The position numbers were made by a program, and so were the translations under genes. Shown here in pieces: positions 8,173 to 15,931 of a stretch of 20,713 nt of DNA (the first letter of the stretch is position 1; each line of letters starts with the position of its first letter). The notes beneath the pieces were generated by a model, which ran no database searches, was not told the DNA's origin, and worked only from the letters and a program-made list of their open reading frames with translations. The stretch comes from a virus (Duplodnaviria; Heunggongvirae; Uroviricota; Caudoviricetes). The stretch is from the IMG/VR virus record IMGVR_UViG_2703718869_000003, positions 1 to 20,713 of that record, one strand, 5' to 3'.

Positions 8173-9122
8173 ACAACCAAAATGATTATATTGAGGCCGC
8201 TCAGCAAATTATAGCATCCTTAGGCCTGCCCAGAGCGCAGCAGAATGAGCGTTCTGCTTTGTGTTTGCTGGCACTCCTGAACCTCACACCGGGAAAAGCA
8301 TGGGCCAACGCGGAAAATCCGCTTGTGGGCATTACACCAATCATGAATTGGGTTCGGGAGCACTACGGCAAGGTCTACGCACCCAATACTCGTGAGACAT
8401 TCCGCCGCCAGTCTATGCATCAGTTCTGCGCTGCTGGAGTAGCCCTCTACAATCCGGACAAGCCCGATCGCCCAGTGAACAGCCCGAAGGCTGTTTATCA
8501 GATCGAACCTGCTGCTCTGTCCATGCTACGCACTTTCGGCAGCCCGGCATGGCACGATAGCCTTGCAACCTATTTAGCCGAGCGTGAAACGCTGGTTACC
8601 CGCTATGCTAAGGAGCGCGAACAGAATCGTATCCCTGTTGAAATTGCTGCGGGCCAGCAAATAACCCTCAGTCCCGGCGAGCACAGCGAACTTATCCGTG
8701 CCATAATAGAGGACTTCGCCCCACGTTTTGCTCCGGGTAGCGTGCTGGTCTATGCTGGCGACACTGGCGAAAAGTGGGGCTACTTCGACGCTCCACTGCT
8801 GGCCGGGCTAGGTGTTGATGTGGATTCACACGGTAAAATGCCAGATGTGGTGCTACATTTTACTGCGAAAAACTGGCTGCTACTGGTTGAGTCTGTCACC
8901 AGTCATGGACCGGTTGATGGGAAGCGGCATGCTGAGCTTGCCAGGCTGTTTGCCGGATCAACAGCCGGACTTGTCTATGTGACCGCTTTTCCAAATCGCT
9001 CCATCATGGGACGATATCTTGGTGAAATCGCATGGGAAACAGAGGTATGGGTGGCTGATGCACCTTCTCATCTTATTCACTTCAACGGAGTACGATTTCT
9101 TGGCCCCTACTCTACTGAATGA
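8169..9122 (+). CDS. Putative type II restriction endonuclease, BsuBI/PstI family (assignment by size, synteny and motif; not verified)
   Basis: 317 aa. Start overlaps the methyltransferase stop (ATGA). Contains a PD...E-like segment (GKMPDVVLHF...NWLLLVESVTSHG). Followed by an intrinsic terminator. Confidence 0.55.
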   Translation: MNNQNDYIEAAQQIIASLGLPRAQQNERSALCLLALLNLTPGKAWANAENPLVGITPIMNWVREHYGKVYAPNTRETFRRQSMHQFCAAGVALYNPDKPDRPVNSPKAVYQIEPAALSMLRTFGSPAWHDSLATYLAERETLVTRYAKEREQNRIPVEIAAGQQITLSPGEHSELIRAIIEDFAPRFAPGSVLVYAGDTGEKWGYFDAPLLAGLGVDVDSHGKMPDVVLHFTAKNWLLLVESVTSHGPVDGKRHAELARLFAGSTAGLVYVTAFPNRSIMGRYLGEIAWETEVWVADAPSHLIHFNGVRFLGPYSTE

Positions 9123-9142
9123 GTACAGGACCAGATAAATAG

Positions 9143-9169
9143 CCCGGCCCATGCGCCGGGTTTTTCTTT
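9143..9169 (+). terminator. Rho-independent terminator ending the cI/methyltransferase/endonuclease transcription unit
   Basis: Stem CCCGGC (9143-9148) / GCCGGG (9155-9160), 6-nt loop, then TTTTTCTTT. Confidence 0.65.
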
Positions 9170-9249
9170 GCATATCCCCTCCTGCTATCTGTCCCCTTCA
9201 AAAATAAATCACTTTAAAAATCAGTTAAGTAATATTTTCTTGCCCACAA

Positions 9250-9293
9250 TAACCACCAACGGTATTTACACAAAAATCACCGCAAGTTATATT
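9250..9293 (+). promoter_or_regulatory. pL-like promoter with overlapping oL-like operators
   Basis: -35 TTTACA (9265-9270), 17-bp spacer, -10 TATATT (9288-9293). The spacer contains AATCACCGCAAGTTAT, a lambda-operator-like half-site; an upstream ATAACCACCAACGGTAT is a second candidate. Confidence 0.5.
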
Positions 9294-9372
9294 TATTTCA
9301 AGCCAGAAACATCGCGCCCTTACACAGGGCTACATAAATCAGTCGTACGGCGCGACTTAACCCGCCGCAAAA

Positions 9373-9385
9373 TGCTCTTTAACAA
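9373..9385 (+). promoter_or_regulatory. boxA-like element (TGCTCTTTAACAA), identical to the E. coli rrn boxA core as I recall it
   Basis: Exact string about 80 nt downstream of the putative pL start; possible nutL-type or rrn-type antitermination site. Confidence 0.4.
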
Positions 9386-9689
9386 TCTGGAGCTTTACAG
9401 CGTCAATGACCTGTTTAGACCCCTACACGTAAACGTGCTGTATCATCGGGTGCGATCCGGTCGATGAGAGAGTATCCCCGCGCGAGAGCGAGAACGGCGT
9501 GAGAACGGGCAACACTGGCAGGAAGTTGGCGCTGACCAATACAGGGAAGGTTTTGGGGTGCAGGCAGCACCGCCAAAGCATTTCCGAGAAAGGATGGTAT
9601 TGACTGCGTGTGATGTCGGGGCTATATTTGGCGAACACCTCATAAAACGGGTGTCGGGATTAGGACCCCGCTGACAATCGAGGCGATAC

Positions 9690-9711
9690 AGACGCGCTAG
9701 CGTCTTTTTTT
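9690..9711 (+). terminator. Rho-independent terminator (tL-like) in the pL leader
   Basis: Stem AGACGC / GCGTCT with GCTA loop, followed by a run of 7 T. Confidence 0.7.
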
Positions 9712-9876
9712 GTATCGACATGCACGCACATCTTATCAATGGTGGGCTGTATGGGGCCGACTTCGGTCGGGCTGGTTCCCTTGATTGCCAGTAGTCCTAA
9801 CCCTGTACAGTCCACCGCCAGCGAGTTTAGGACCTCCGGCGGTGGTTATCAATCACCAATCAAGGAGGCTGCCACC

Positions 9877-10521
9877 ATGGCTACTATATCTCCCCTTTCT
9901 CGCCCATCCGTAACTATTGAAAACGGCAATGCCATCACTACGTCAATTGACATCGCAGAGTTCTTTGAGAAGCAGCATCACCATGTTGTTCAGAAAATAG
10001 AATCCCTTGAATGCTCTGAACAATTCTTAACCAGCAACTTTTCGCGGGTTAAATTCGAACACCGGGGTAATACCTATAACGCCTATCAAATCACCAAAAA
10101 CGGCTTCGTCTTCCTGGTGATGGGCTTCACTGGTAAAAAAGCCGCCGCTTTCAAAGAAGCCTACATCGCTGAATTCGATCGCATGGAAAAACAGCTATGG
10201 GAACAGAAACAACTGGCCCTGTCTTCTCCTGCGATGAATATCAATTTCCCTTTGTCGTGGTTTTCTGAGCATCACCCCTACGCCACGATGAATTATGTTG
10301 ATCGAAAAACATTGCAGCTTGATACCTCCGTCTTATTCGACATGCCAAGCCCTGCAATGCGCATATTTAATGAATTACGTCGCAACGGCTATAACGTTGA
10401 CGCCGCTGTCGCTGAATTTAACGCCTTCAAACATCTGACGGAAGAAATGCGCCGTACACTACAGGATATTTCAAGATTGTCAGATCAAAATGCCCGAAAA
10501 GGCTTCTCTGTAAGCCTCTAA
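9877..10521 (+). CDS. Rha-family phage regulatory protein / antirepressor-like, with a C-terminal domain shared with the next gene
   Basis: Start chosen at the ATG at 9877 (AAGGAGG 8 nt upstream) rather than the ORF-track start at 9739. N-terminal region ITTSIDIAEFFEKQHHHVVQKIE...YQITKNGFVFLVMGF resembles the Rha family from memory. Confidence 0.75.
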   Translation: MATISPLSRPSVTIENGNAITTSIDIAEFFEKQHHHVVQKIESLECSEQFLTSNFSRVKFEHRGNTYNAYQITKNGFVFLVMGFTGKKAAAFKEAYIAEFDRMEKQLWEQKQLALSSPAMNINFPLSWFSEHHPYATMNYVDRKTLQLDTSVLFDMPSPAMRIFNELRRNGYNVDAAVAEFNAFKHLTEEMRRTLQDISRLSDQNARKGFSVSL

Positions 10522-10559
10522 AGAACTAATAGTTTGACAAAGAACTAATAGTTTGACAA
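10522..10559 (+). repeat. Perfect 19-bp tandem direct repeat (AGAACTAATAGTTTGACAA x2), each copy with a TTGACA hexamer
   Basis: Seen directly, immediately after the Rha-like stop codon. Confidence 0.8.
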
Positions 10560-10608
10560 TGCCGCAGCGCTTATCGCATACTGACCGCACTACAACGTCA
10601 GCGGTCAA

Positions 10609-10637
10609 CCGCACCCGATAGCTTTGCGGCTTTTTTA
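10609..10637 (+). terminator. Candidate intrinsic terminator (stem CCGCA / TGCGG, then CTTTTTTAT)
   Basis: Seen directly about 50 bp downstream of the tandem repeat. The stem is short (5 bp) with an 11-nt loop. Confidence 0.45.
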
Positions 10638-10790
10638 TGCCTGTTCACAGGTATCGCCATATCAATGGCGGGTCGAGAGAGCCTAATACAACACCCTTTC
10701 GGGAAATACGCTCCGCCGTCTGACGCGGTAGTTGAAGCCCGCCACCCCACTAAGGTGGCAGTCAATACTAAAACGTCAGGAGTCATGATT

Positions 10791-11429
10791 ATGGCTAATC
10801 AACTCATCCCCGTATTCAACGGCACCATATCCAACGAAACAACTCTTTTAGTTAACGCTCGTGATCTACATTCTTTTCTTGGTGTGGGCAGAATGTTCGC
10901 GCACTGGGTTAAAGAGCGCATTGCTGAATATGGATTCGTTGAAAGCCAGGACTATATTTTGATTTGCCAAAATGGGCAAACCAAAGGTCGAGGAGGTAAT
11001 CGCCGTAGCAAGGACTACCACCTAACTCTCGACACAGCCAAAGAGCTGGCAATGGTTGAGCGCAACGAAAAAGGCCGCCAGATACGCCGCTACTTCATTG
11101 AGTGCGAGAAAAAGTTTCGCCAGAGTCTTTTACCTACACCAATGAACATCAACTACCCTCTCTCGTGGTTCTCAGATAACCATCCCTACGCCACGATGAA
11201 CTATGTTGATCGCAAGGTTATCAGCCTTGATGCTTCCGTGCTCTTCGATATGCCAAGCCCAACTATGCGCATCCTCAACGAGCTACACAGCAAGGGCTAT
11301 AACGTCGATGCAGCTGTCGCCGAATTTAACGCCTTCAAGCATCTGACGGAAGAAATGCGCCGTAAATTGCTGGATATTTCCCGCACATCGGAAAAGTCTT
11401 CCCGCTTTGGTTTCAACGTAAATCTTTAA
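10791..11429 (+). CDS. AntA/AntB-type antirepressor-like protein, with the same C-terminal domain as the Rha-like gene
   Basis: Start at 10791 (AGGAG 8 nt upstream). N-terminal LIPVFNGTISNETTLLVNARDLHSFLGV...QDYILICQNGQTKGRGGNRRSKDYHLTLDTAKELAMVERNEKGRQIRRYFIECEK resembles AntA-type antirepressors from memory. The C-terminal 95 aa is a paralogue of the Rha-like C-terminus. Confidence 0.75.
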   Translation: MANQLIPVFNGTISNETTLLVNARDLHSFLGVGRMFAHWVKERIAEYGFVESQDYILICQNGQTKGRGGNRRSKDYHLTLDTAKELAMVERNEKGRQIRRYFIECEKKFRQSLLPTPMNINYPLSWFSDNHPYATMNYVDRKVISLDASVLFDMPSPTMRILNELHSKGYNVDAAVAEFNAFKHLTEEMRRKLLDISRTSEKSSRFGFNVNL

Positions 11430-11499
11430 TTAACCCCATCCCCGACCACATATCGGGGATTAAATAAAATATCTGGATTAATTAACCGGAGGATTTGTC

Positions 11500-11712
11500 A
11501 TGCTCAAACCTCACTACGGAACCGCATTAGTTTCTCGCGAGGACGTTAAACCCGGTACAGCAATTCTTTACAACGGGCGTTATTACATGGCGTCAGCGAA
11601 CGTTAATAATGCACTTTACGCACATTCACTGATTGAAAAAATTCGCATTATCTCAGATGCAATAGAAGTTTACCTGAACAATAAAGGACAACCGTTAATC
11701 TCACCAGCCTGA
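11500..11712 (+). CDS. Hypothetical small protein (early-left accessory gene)
   Basis: 70-aa ORF with GGAGG ribosome-binding site at 8-nt spacing. Confidence 0.55.
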   Translation: MLKPHYGTALVSREDVKPGTAILYNGRYYMASANVNNALYAHSLIEKIRIISDAIEVYLNNKGQPLISPA

Positions 11713-11723
11713 AAGGAAATATC

Positions 11724-12005
11724 ATGCTCAATCAAAAAATAAATATCAATGTAAAAAGCGTCGTAACTCCAGCAGGAACGATAATGGGAGAAGTTTTTAT
11801 GGATGATAAAATCATCGCCTATTTTGTCGTCCTGCCTGATGAGGCTATTTCTGTTATTGATACGGAAGGCAATGTTATGTTTATCGCGGAACATCCAGAA
11901 GACATCGCATTACAGGCCGCTGCATATTTCTTTGCTAAAGAGCAGGAGGAAGAATGTAACTGCCCTGTCTGTCAGCTTTCCCGACAAATTAATTTAATGC
12001 ATTAA
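11724..12005 (+). CDS. Hypothetical small protein with a C-terminal CxCPxC motif
   Basis: 93-aa ORF in series with its neighbours; AT-rich. Confidence 0.55.
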   Translation: MLNQKININVKSVVTPAGTIMGEVFMDDKIIAYFVVLPDEAISVIDTEGNVMFIAEHPEDIALQAAAYFFAKEQEEECNCPVCQLSRQINLMH

Positions 12006-12025
12006 CCGGAATCAGGAGTTCCGCC

Positions 12026-12307
12026 ATGAACGCATACCTCACCTGCGACCGCATAGAGGAGCGTCGCTGGGTTAATCAGCAAATTCAGGATGAAAAGGAT
12101 AAATGGATTGATGATCGGGCGCAGGAGCTTATCAGCATGTTCCCCGATAAACCATTGCTTATGAGCAGCCTTTTTTTACCCAAAGAAGCCCAGCTGGCAC
12201 TCACTGGCGAAAAAGCTGAAGAGGCGTACAACGATTATATCTCAGCGATCGCCTATGCTCGGGCGGAAGAAGAATGGGAGAGAAAATTCTCCCCCTGTCC
12301 TTTCTGA
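12026..12307 (+). CDS. gam: Gam-like host-nuclease (RecBCD) inhibitor
   Basis: MNAYLTCDRIEERRWVNQQIQDEKDKW... parallels the short form of lambda Gam ([27 protein letters not shown]...). It sits immediately upstream of the annealase and exo genes as in lambda. AGGAG ribosome-binding site. Confidence 0.6.
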   Translation: MNAYLTCDRIEERRWVNQQIQDEKDKWIDDRAQELISMFPDKPLLMSSLFLPKEAQLALTGEKAEEAYNDYISAIAYARAEEEWERKFSPCPF

Positions 12308-12324
12308 TTTTCAGGACCAAAAAA

Positions 12325-13275
12325 ATGTTCGATATCGTTGAATTTGTTAAGCAGCAGGAGCGCTTTTTCTGCGAGGCATTAACTGAACCGACGCTGACAT
12401 GGGCGAAGGAAAGTCAGTTTGCAATTCAGCAATTCCAGAAAAATGCCTTTCTGGCTGACACAGCACGGGCAAATCTGCCCAGCGCACAGAACGCTATCAT
12501 CAATGTTGCCGCCATCGGCATAACCCTGAACCCGGCCAGCAAGCTGGCGTATCTGGTCCCACGAAAAAAGGCTGTATGCCTGGATATCAGTTATATGGGG
12601 CTTCTGCATCTGGCACAGGTCACAGGAGCCATTCAGTGGGGGCAATGCAAACTTGTTTACGAGAAGGACATTTACGAGTCCAACGGTATTGACTGCGCCC
12701 CCACGCACAAATACAACCCATTCGTAGACAGGGGCGCACGCATTGGCGGTTATTGTGTCGTAAAAACATCCGAAGGCGACTATCTGACCGAAGAGATGAG
12801 CAACAGGGAAATCGAGGTCATCAGGGCGTGCAGCAAAGCCGGAAATAACGGAGGAAGTAGCCCGTGGGATAGCTTCCCCGACGAAATGGCCAGAAAAGCC
12901 ATTGTTAAGCGCGCCAGCAAATACTGGCCCCGTCGCGATCGCCTGGATACAGCTATCGACTACCTGAACACTCAGGCCGGTGAAGGTATCATCCTGAATG
13001 CTGATCACATCCCTGAGCGTGACGTCACTCCCGCATCAGATGAGATTATCAATGAGATCACTCAGGCAATCACCGAAATTAACAAGACATGGGATGACCT
13101 GCTTCCCTTATGTTCCAAAACATTCCGTCGCACGATTGCATCACATGAATATCTCAGTCAGGAAGAAGCTGTCAAAACGCTTGATTTTGTCAAAAAGAAA
13201 GCTGCCAGAAACAAGGCCACGGCGGAAGCGAAAATTCACGCCACCACGGAAAATAACAGCGAGGCCGTGTCATGA
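12325..13275 (+). CDS. recT: Single-strand annealing protein: RecT-family core with a lambda Bet (Red-beta)-like C-terminal domain
   Basis: Core motifs resemble RecT (…[16 protein letters not shown]…[14 protein letters not shown]). The C-terminal ~60 aa ([64 protein letters not shown]) parallels the lambda Bet C-terminus as I recall it. Start is ambiguous: ATG at 12325 or the upstream in-frame ATG at 12274. Confidence 0.8.
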   Translation: MFDIVEFVKQQERFFCEALTEPTLTWAKESQFAIQQFQKNAFLADTARANLPSAQNAIINVAAIGITLNPASKLAYLVPRKKAVCLDISYMGLLHLAQVTGAIQWGQCKLVYEKDIYESNGIDCAPTHKYNPFVDRGARIGGYCVVKTSEGDYLTEEMSNREIEVIRACSKAGNNGGSSPWDSFPDEMARKAIVKRASKYWPRRDRLDTAIDYLNTQAGEGIILNADHIPERDVTPASDEIINEITQAITEINKTWDDLLPLCSKTFRRTIASHEYLSQEEAVKTLDFVKKKAARNKATAEAKIHATTENNSEAVS

Positions 13276-13961
13276 CACCAGAAATTATTCTCCAGCGAAC
13301 TGGCGTGGATATTACCAGCCTCGACCAGGGCGATGATGGATGGCACAAGCTGAGACTCGGTGTTATCACTGCTTCAGAAGTTCACAATGTGATAGCAAAG
13401 CCACGTTCCGGCAGCAAATGGCCTGATACAAAAATCTCATACTTCCACACCCTGCTGGCTGAAGTTTGTACCGGCGTGGCACCGGAAGTTAACGCTAAGT
13501 CGCTCGCATGGGGAAAGCAATACGAAGATGATGCCCGTGCCCTCTTCGAATTTATCGCGGATGTTACCGTCTCGGAAACGCCAATAATTTTTCGTGACGA
13601 AAGCATGCGCACCGCCTGCTCTCCCGACGGTTTATGCAGCGACGGTAACGGTCTTGAGCTTAAATGCCCTTTTACTTCCCGCGACTTCATGAAATTCCGG
13701 CTTGGCGGCCTTGACGCTATCAAGCCTGCTTACATGGCCCAGGTGCAATTCAGCATGTGGGTTACAGACAAGGACGCCTGGTACTTCGCCAACTACGACC
13801 CACGCATGAAGCGTGAAGGCCTGCATTATGTCGTGGTCGAACGGGATGAAAAGTACATGGCGAGTTTTGATGAGATGGTGCCGGAGTTTATCGACAAAAT
13901 GGACGAAGCACTGGCGGAAATTGGTTTTGTATTTGGAGAACAATGGGGGGTTAATAACTAA
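13272..13961 (+). CDS. exo: Lambda-type 5'-3' exonuclease (Red-alpha / YqaJ family)
   Basis: [47 protein letters not shown]...[20 protein letters not shown]...[14 protein letters not shown] matches lambda Exo almost throughout from memory. ATGA overlap with the annealase stop. Confidence 0.95.
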   Translation: MTPEIILQRTGVDITSLDQGDDGWHKLRLGVITASEVHNVIAKPRSGSKWPDTKISYFHTLLAEVCTGVAPEVNAKSLAWGKQYEDDARALFEFIADVTVSETPIIFRDESMRTACSPDGLCSDGNGLELKCPFTSRDFMKFRLGGLDAIKPAYMAQVQFSMWVTDKDAWYFANYDPRMKREGLHYVVVERDEKYMASFDEMVPEFIDKMDEALAEIGFVFGEQWGVNN

Positions 13962-14548
13962 TGGATGAAGTGATTTTTACTTATAACGAAGAATCAGCAC
14001 TGACCGCCGGACAAGGTGGTTTTATTACCGAAACGGGTGCGCATATCATTAACATCACCGAAGCAGAACTCAAGCAATCAGAAAAAGGTGCCCGATTCAT
14101 TGAGTTTTCTGGAGAATCCGACGACGGACGGAAAATCCAATATCTCAGTGTTTGTGTTCAGAAGAATGACGGCACTGAAAATAAATTTGGGGCGAGCATT
14201 ATTCACGCCATGATGGGATGCACAGGAATTGGGCAGTTAACGCAGCATATGGTTTCCGTCAGTAAATATGTTGCACCTGAGTTTCACGGAAAGAAAATCG
14301 GACTCGTCCTCCAGAAAGTATTAACCACAAACAGAAAGACTGGCGCAGACGGTTACCAGATGGAAATCTGCATTCCATTCATTGCAGAAACAGGGCAGAC
14401 ACTGAAAGAAAAAGCTGAAGGAAAGAAACCAGAAACGGTAGCAAATATGGTTTCCACTCTCAAAGACAAAGACAATCGCAGAAAAAACGTAAACCCGAAT
14501 CACACGGACGCCCCGGGTTACTGGCAGTACGGCAGCGATAGTTTTTAA
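13961..14548 (+). CDS. Hypothetical protein coupled to exo (1-nt overlap); function unknown
   Basis: 195-aa ORF. No motif I can assign. C-terminus ends ...GYWQYGSDSF. Confidence 0.6.
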   Translation: MDEVIFTYNEESALTAGQGGFITETGAHIINITEAELKQSEKGARFIEFSGESDDGRKIQYLSVCVQKNDGTENKFGASIIHAMMGCTGIGQLTQHMVSVSKYVAPEFHGKKIGLVLQKVLTTNRKTGADGYQMEICIPFIAETGQTLKEKAEGKKPETVANMVSTLKDKDNRRKNVNPNHTDAPGYWQYGSDSF

Positions 14549-14622
14549 TTCACAAACAAAACCAGGCTTTAAATGCAGTGAACAACTGAAGCCTTAACAC
14601 ACCTCTACACGGAGATATTAAT

Positions 14623-14970
14623 ATGAACCAGCATCAAACTGATGTTAATGTTTTCATTAACGACCTCGACGGCGGGGTATTTGTAAACAAACTTGGTGCG
14701 GTATTAAGTGAAGTTGCCTTTGGCGTAAACAGCACAAACAAAAAAGGAAAGGTATGTGTTGAATTCGAATTATCTTCACTTGATGAAAATCGCGTATCAG
14801 TTTCCCATAAACTAAAATTCACACGCCCGACAATGCGTGGTAGTAAATCAGAAGAAGACACAACTAACACCCCGATGTTTGTAAATAAAGGTGGTGAGCT
14901 TACTTTGTTCCAGAAAGACCAGGGGCAGCTTTTTGATAAACAGGGCCAACATGACGCTGTTTTACGCTGA
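14623..14970 (+). CDS. Hypothetical protein
   Basis: 115-aa ORF; GGAG about 8 nt upstream of the ATG. Confidence 0.55.
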   Translation: MNQHQTDVNVFINDLDGGVFVNKLGAVLSEVAFGVNSTNKKGKVCVEFELSSLDENRVSVSHKLKFTRPTMRGSKSEEDTTNTPMFVNKGGELTLFQKDQGQLFDKQGQHDAVLR

Positions 14971-15033
14971 ATAATCCCCGCCTTAAAACGCTCGCGCATT
15001 ATCCCTAAATACATAAATTAAAGTTAAATATAC

Positions 15034-15855
15034 ATGTCTCAGTTAGATAGCAATGCCATTAAAGAAATTGTAAAACTCACCACTACTGCTTTTTCTGGTG
15101 AAAATTTGCCGCTTACGGAATGCCCTGTTGCGTTATTGCCGGACAATGTAAATATCGAAAGTCTGGAACGATTCATGACAGAACGTTTTCGTTTCCGTGG
15201 AGTCATGACCACAACCAGTATTGATGACTTTGTTGAATACAGCAAAGGGTATGCCGATGAGCACTCCCGCTGCTTCATTAACGCGGAAACGATGAAAGCA
15301 GTCACTGTGTTCAATATCGGCACTCTGGAGCAACCTGGACACGCTGACAACAAGGCACTGCTGGAACTGAAAGCCACATCACCATATCGCGCATTGCTTG
15401 AGGTGGACGGCAAAAAACAACTCCAGAAATCTCTCGCTGAATGGCTGGAAGACTGGGCCGACTTCCTCACAGCCTGTGACAGCGACGGTAATGTGCTGGA
15501 TATCAAACAGGCTATCTCTGCTGTCCGTCGTCTTACCATCGACGCAAAACGCAGTGCTGAATATGAAGAGCAAAACTTCAGCGGTAGCCGCTCAGTCATG
15601 GAGTCCGTTGAGGCTAAAAGCAAAGAAATCATGCCTGCCACTTTCCGCTTTGAATGCATCCCATACGAGGGCCTGGGCAACAGGGAATTCACGCTGCGAT
15701 TAAGCATTCTGACAAGCGAACAACCTGTTCTGGTGCTACGTATCGTGCGTGTTGAAGCTGCGGAAGAAGAAATTGCCAAAGAGTTCCGTGACCTGCTGAA
15801 AGAGCGTTTCGAAGAAGAAGATATCTTAACCTTCATCGGCACGTTCTCAGTGTGA
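15034..15855 (+). CDS. DUF2303 / YfdQ-like prophage protein (assignment from memory)
   Basis: 273-aa ORF with protein-like composition. The fully antisense 267-aa ORF (15039-15842) is Ser/Arg-rich and judged spurious. Confidence 0.7.
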   Translation: MSQLDSNAIKEIVKLTTTAFSGENLPLTECPVALLPDNVNIESLERFMTERFRFRGVMTTTSIDDFVEYSKGYADEHSRCFINAETMKAVTVFNIGTLEQPGHADNKALLELKATSPYRALLEVDGKKQLQKSLAEWLEDWADFLTACDSDGNVLDIKQAISAVRRLTIDAKRSAEYEEQNFSGSRSVMESVEAKSKEIMPATFRFECIPYEGLGNREFTLRLSILTSEQPVLVLRIVRVEAAEEEIAKEFRDLLKERFEEEDILTFIGTFSV

Positions 15856-15931
15856 TGAAATCTGTGACAGGGACGTCACGACATATCGCTCATATTTCAC
15901 GAGAAAATACACAGTTCTTGGAGGGTATACT

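Noticed and set aside
7138-8207. Several 60-100 aa ORFs on both strands within the methyltransferase gene
   Set aside because: Embedded in, or antisense to, the methyltransferase gene, which has clear catalytic motifs.
9168-9467. 99-aa plus-strand ORF in the pL region, considered as an N-like gene
   Set aside because: It starts inside the upstream terminator, spans the promoter and operators, is AT-rich and low-complexity, and has no Arg-rich N-terminal motif. Judged non-coding.
9464-9502. 12-codon Arg-rich ORF (MREYPRARARTA) as a possible N-like arginine-rich peptide
   Set aside because: Too short and without a convincing ribosome-binding site. Mentioned only because N proteins carry an Arg-rich motif.
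9739-9876. N-terminal extension of the Rha-like ORF to the first in-frame ATG at 9739
   Set aside because: It overlaps the intergenic leader. A strong AAGGAGG sits in front of the internal ATG at 9877, where the Rha-like similarity begins.
11438-11460. 8-bp stem hairpin (ATCCCCGA / TCGGGGAT) after the AntA-like gene, considered as a terminator
   Set aside because: It is followed by an A/T-rich stretch rather than a clean T-run. Possibly a weak terminator or RNA stability element; not called as a feature.
12379-13008. 209-aa minus-strand ORF
   Set aside because: Entirely antisense to the annealase gene, with low-complexity composition. The plus-strand gene has recognisable homology.
15039-15842. 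267-aa minus-strand ORF
   Set aside because: Fully antisense to the DUF2303-like gene and Ser/Arg-rich, typical of an antisense frame. The plus-strand ORF is preferred.
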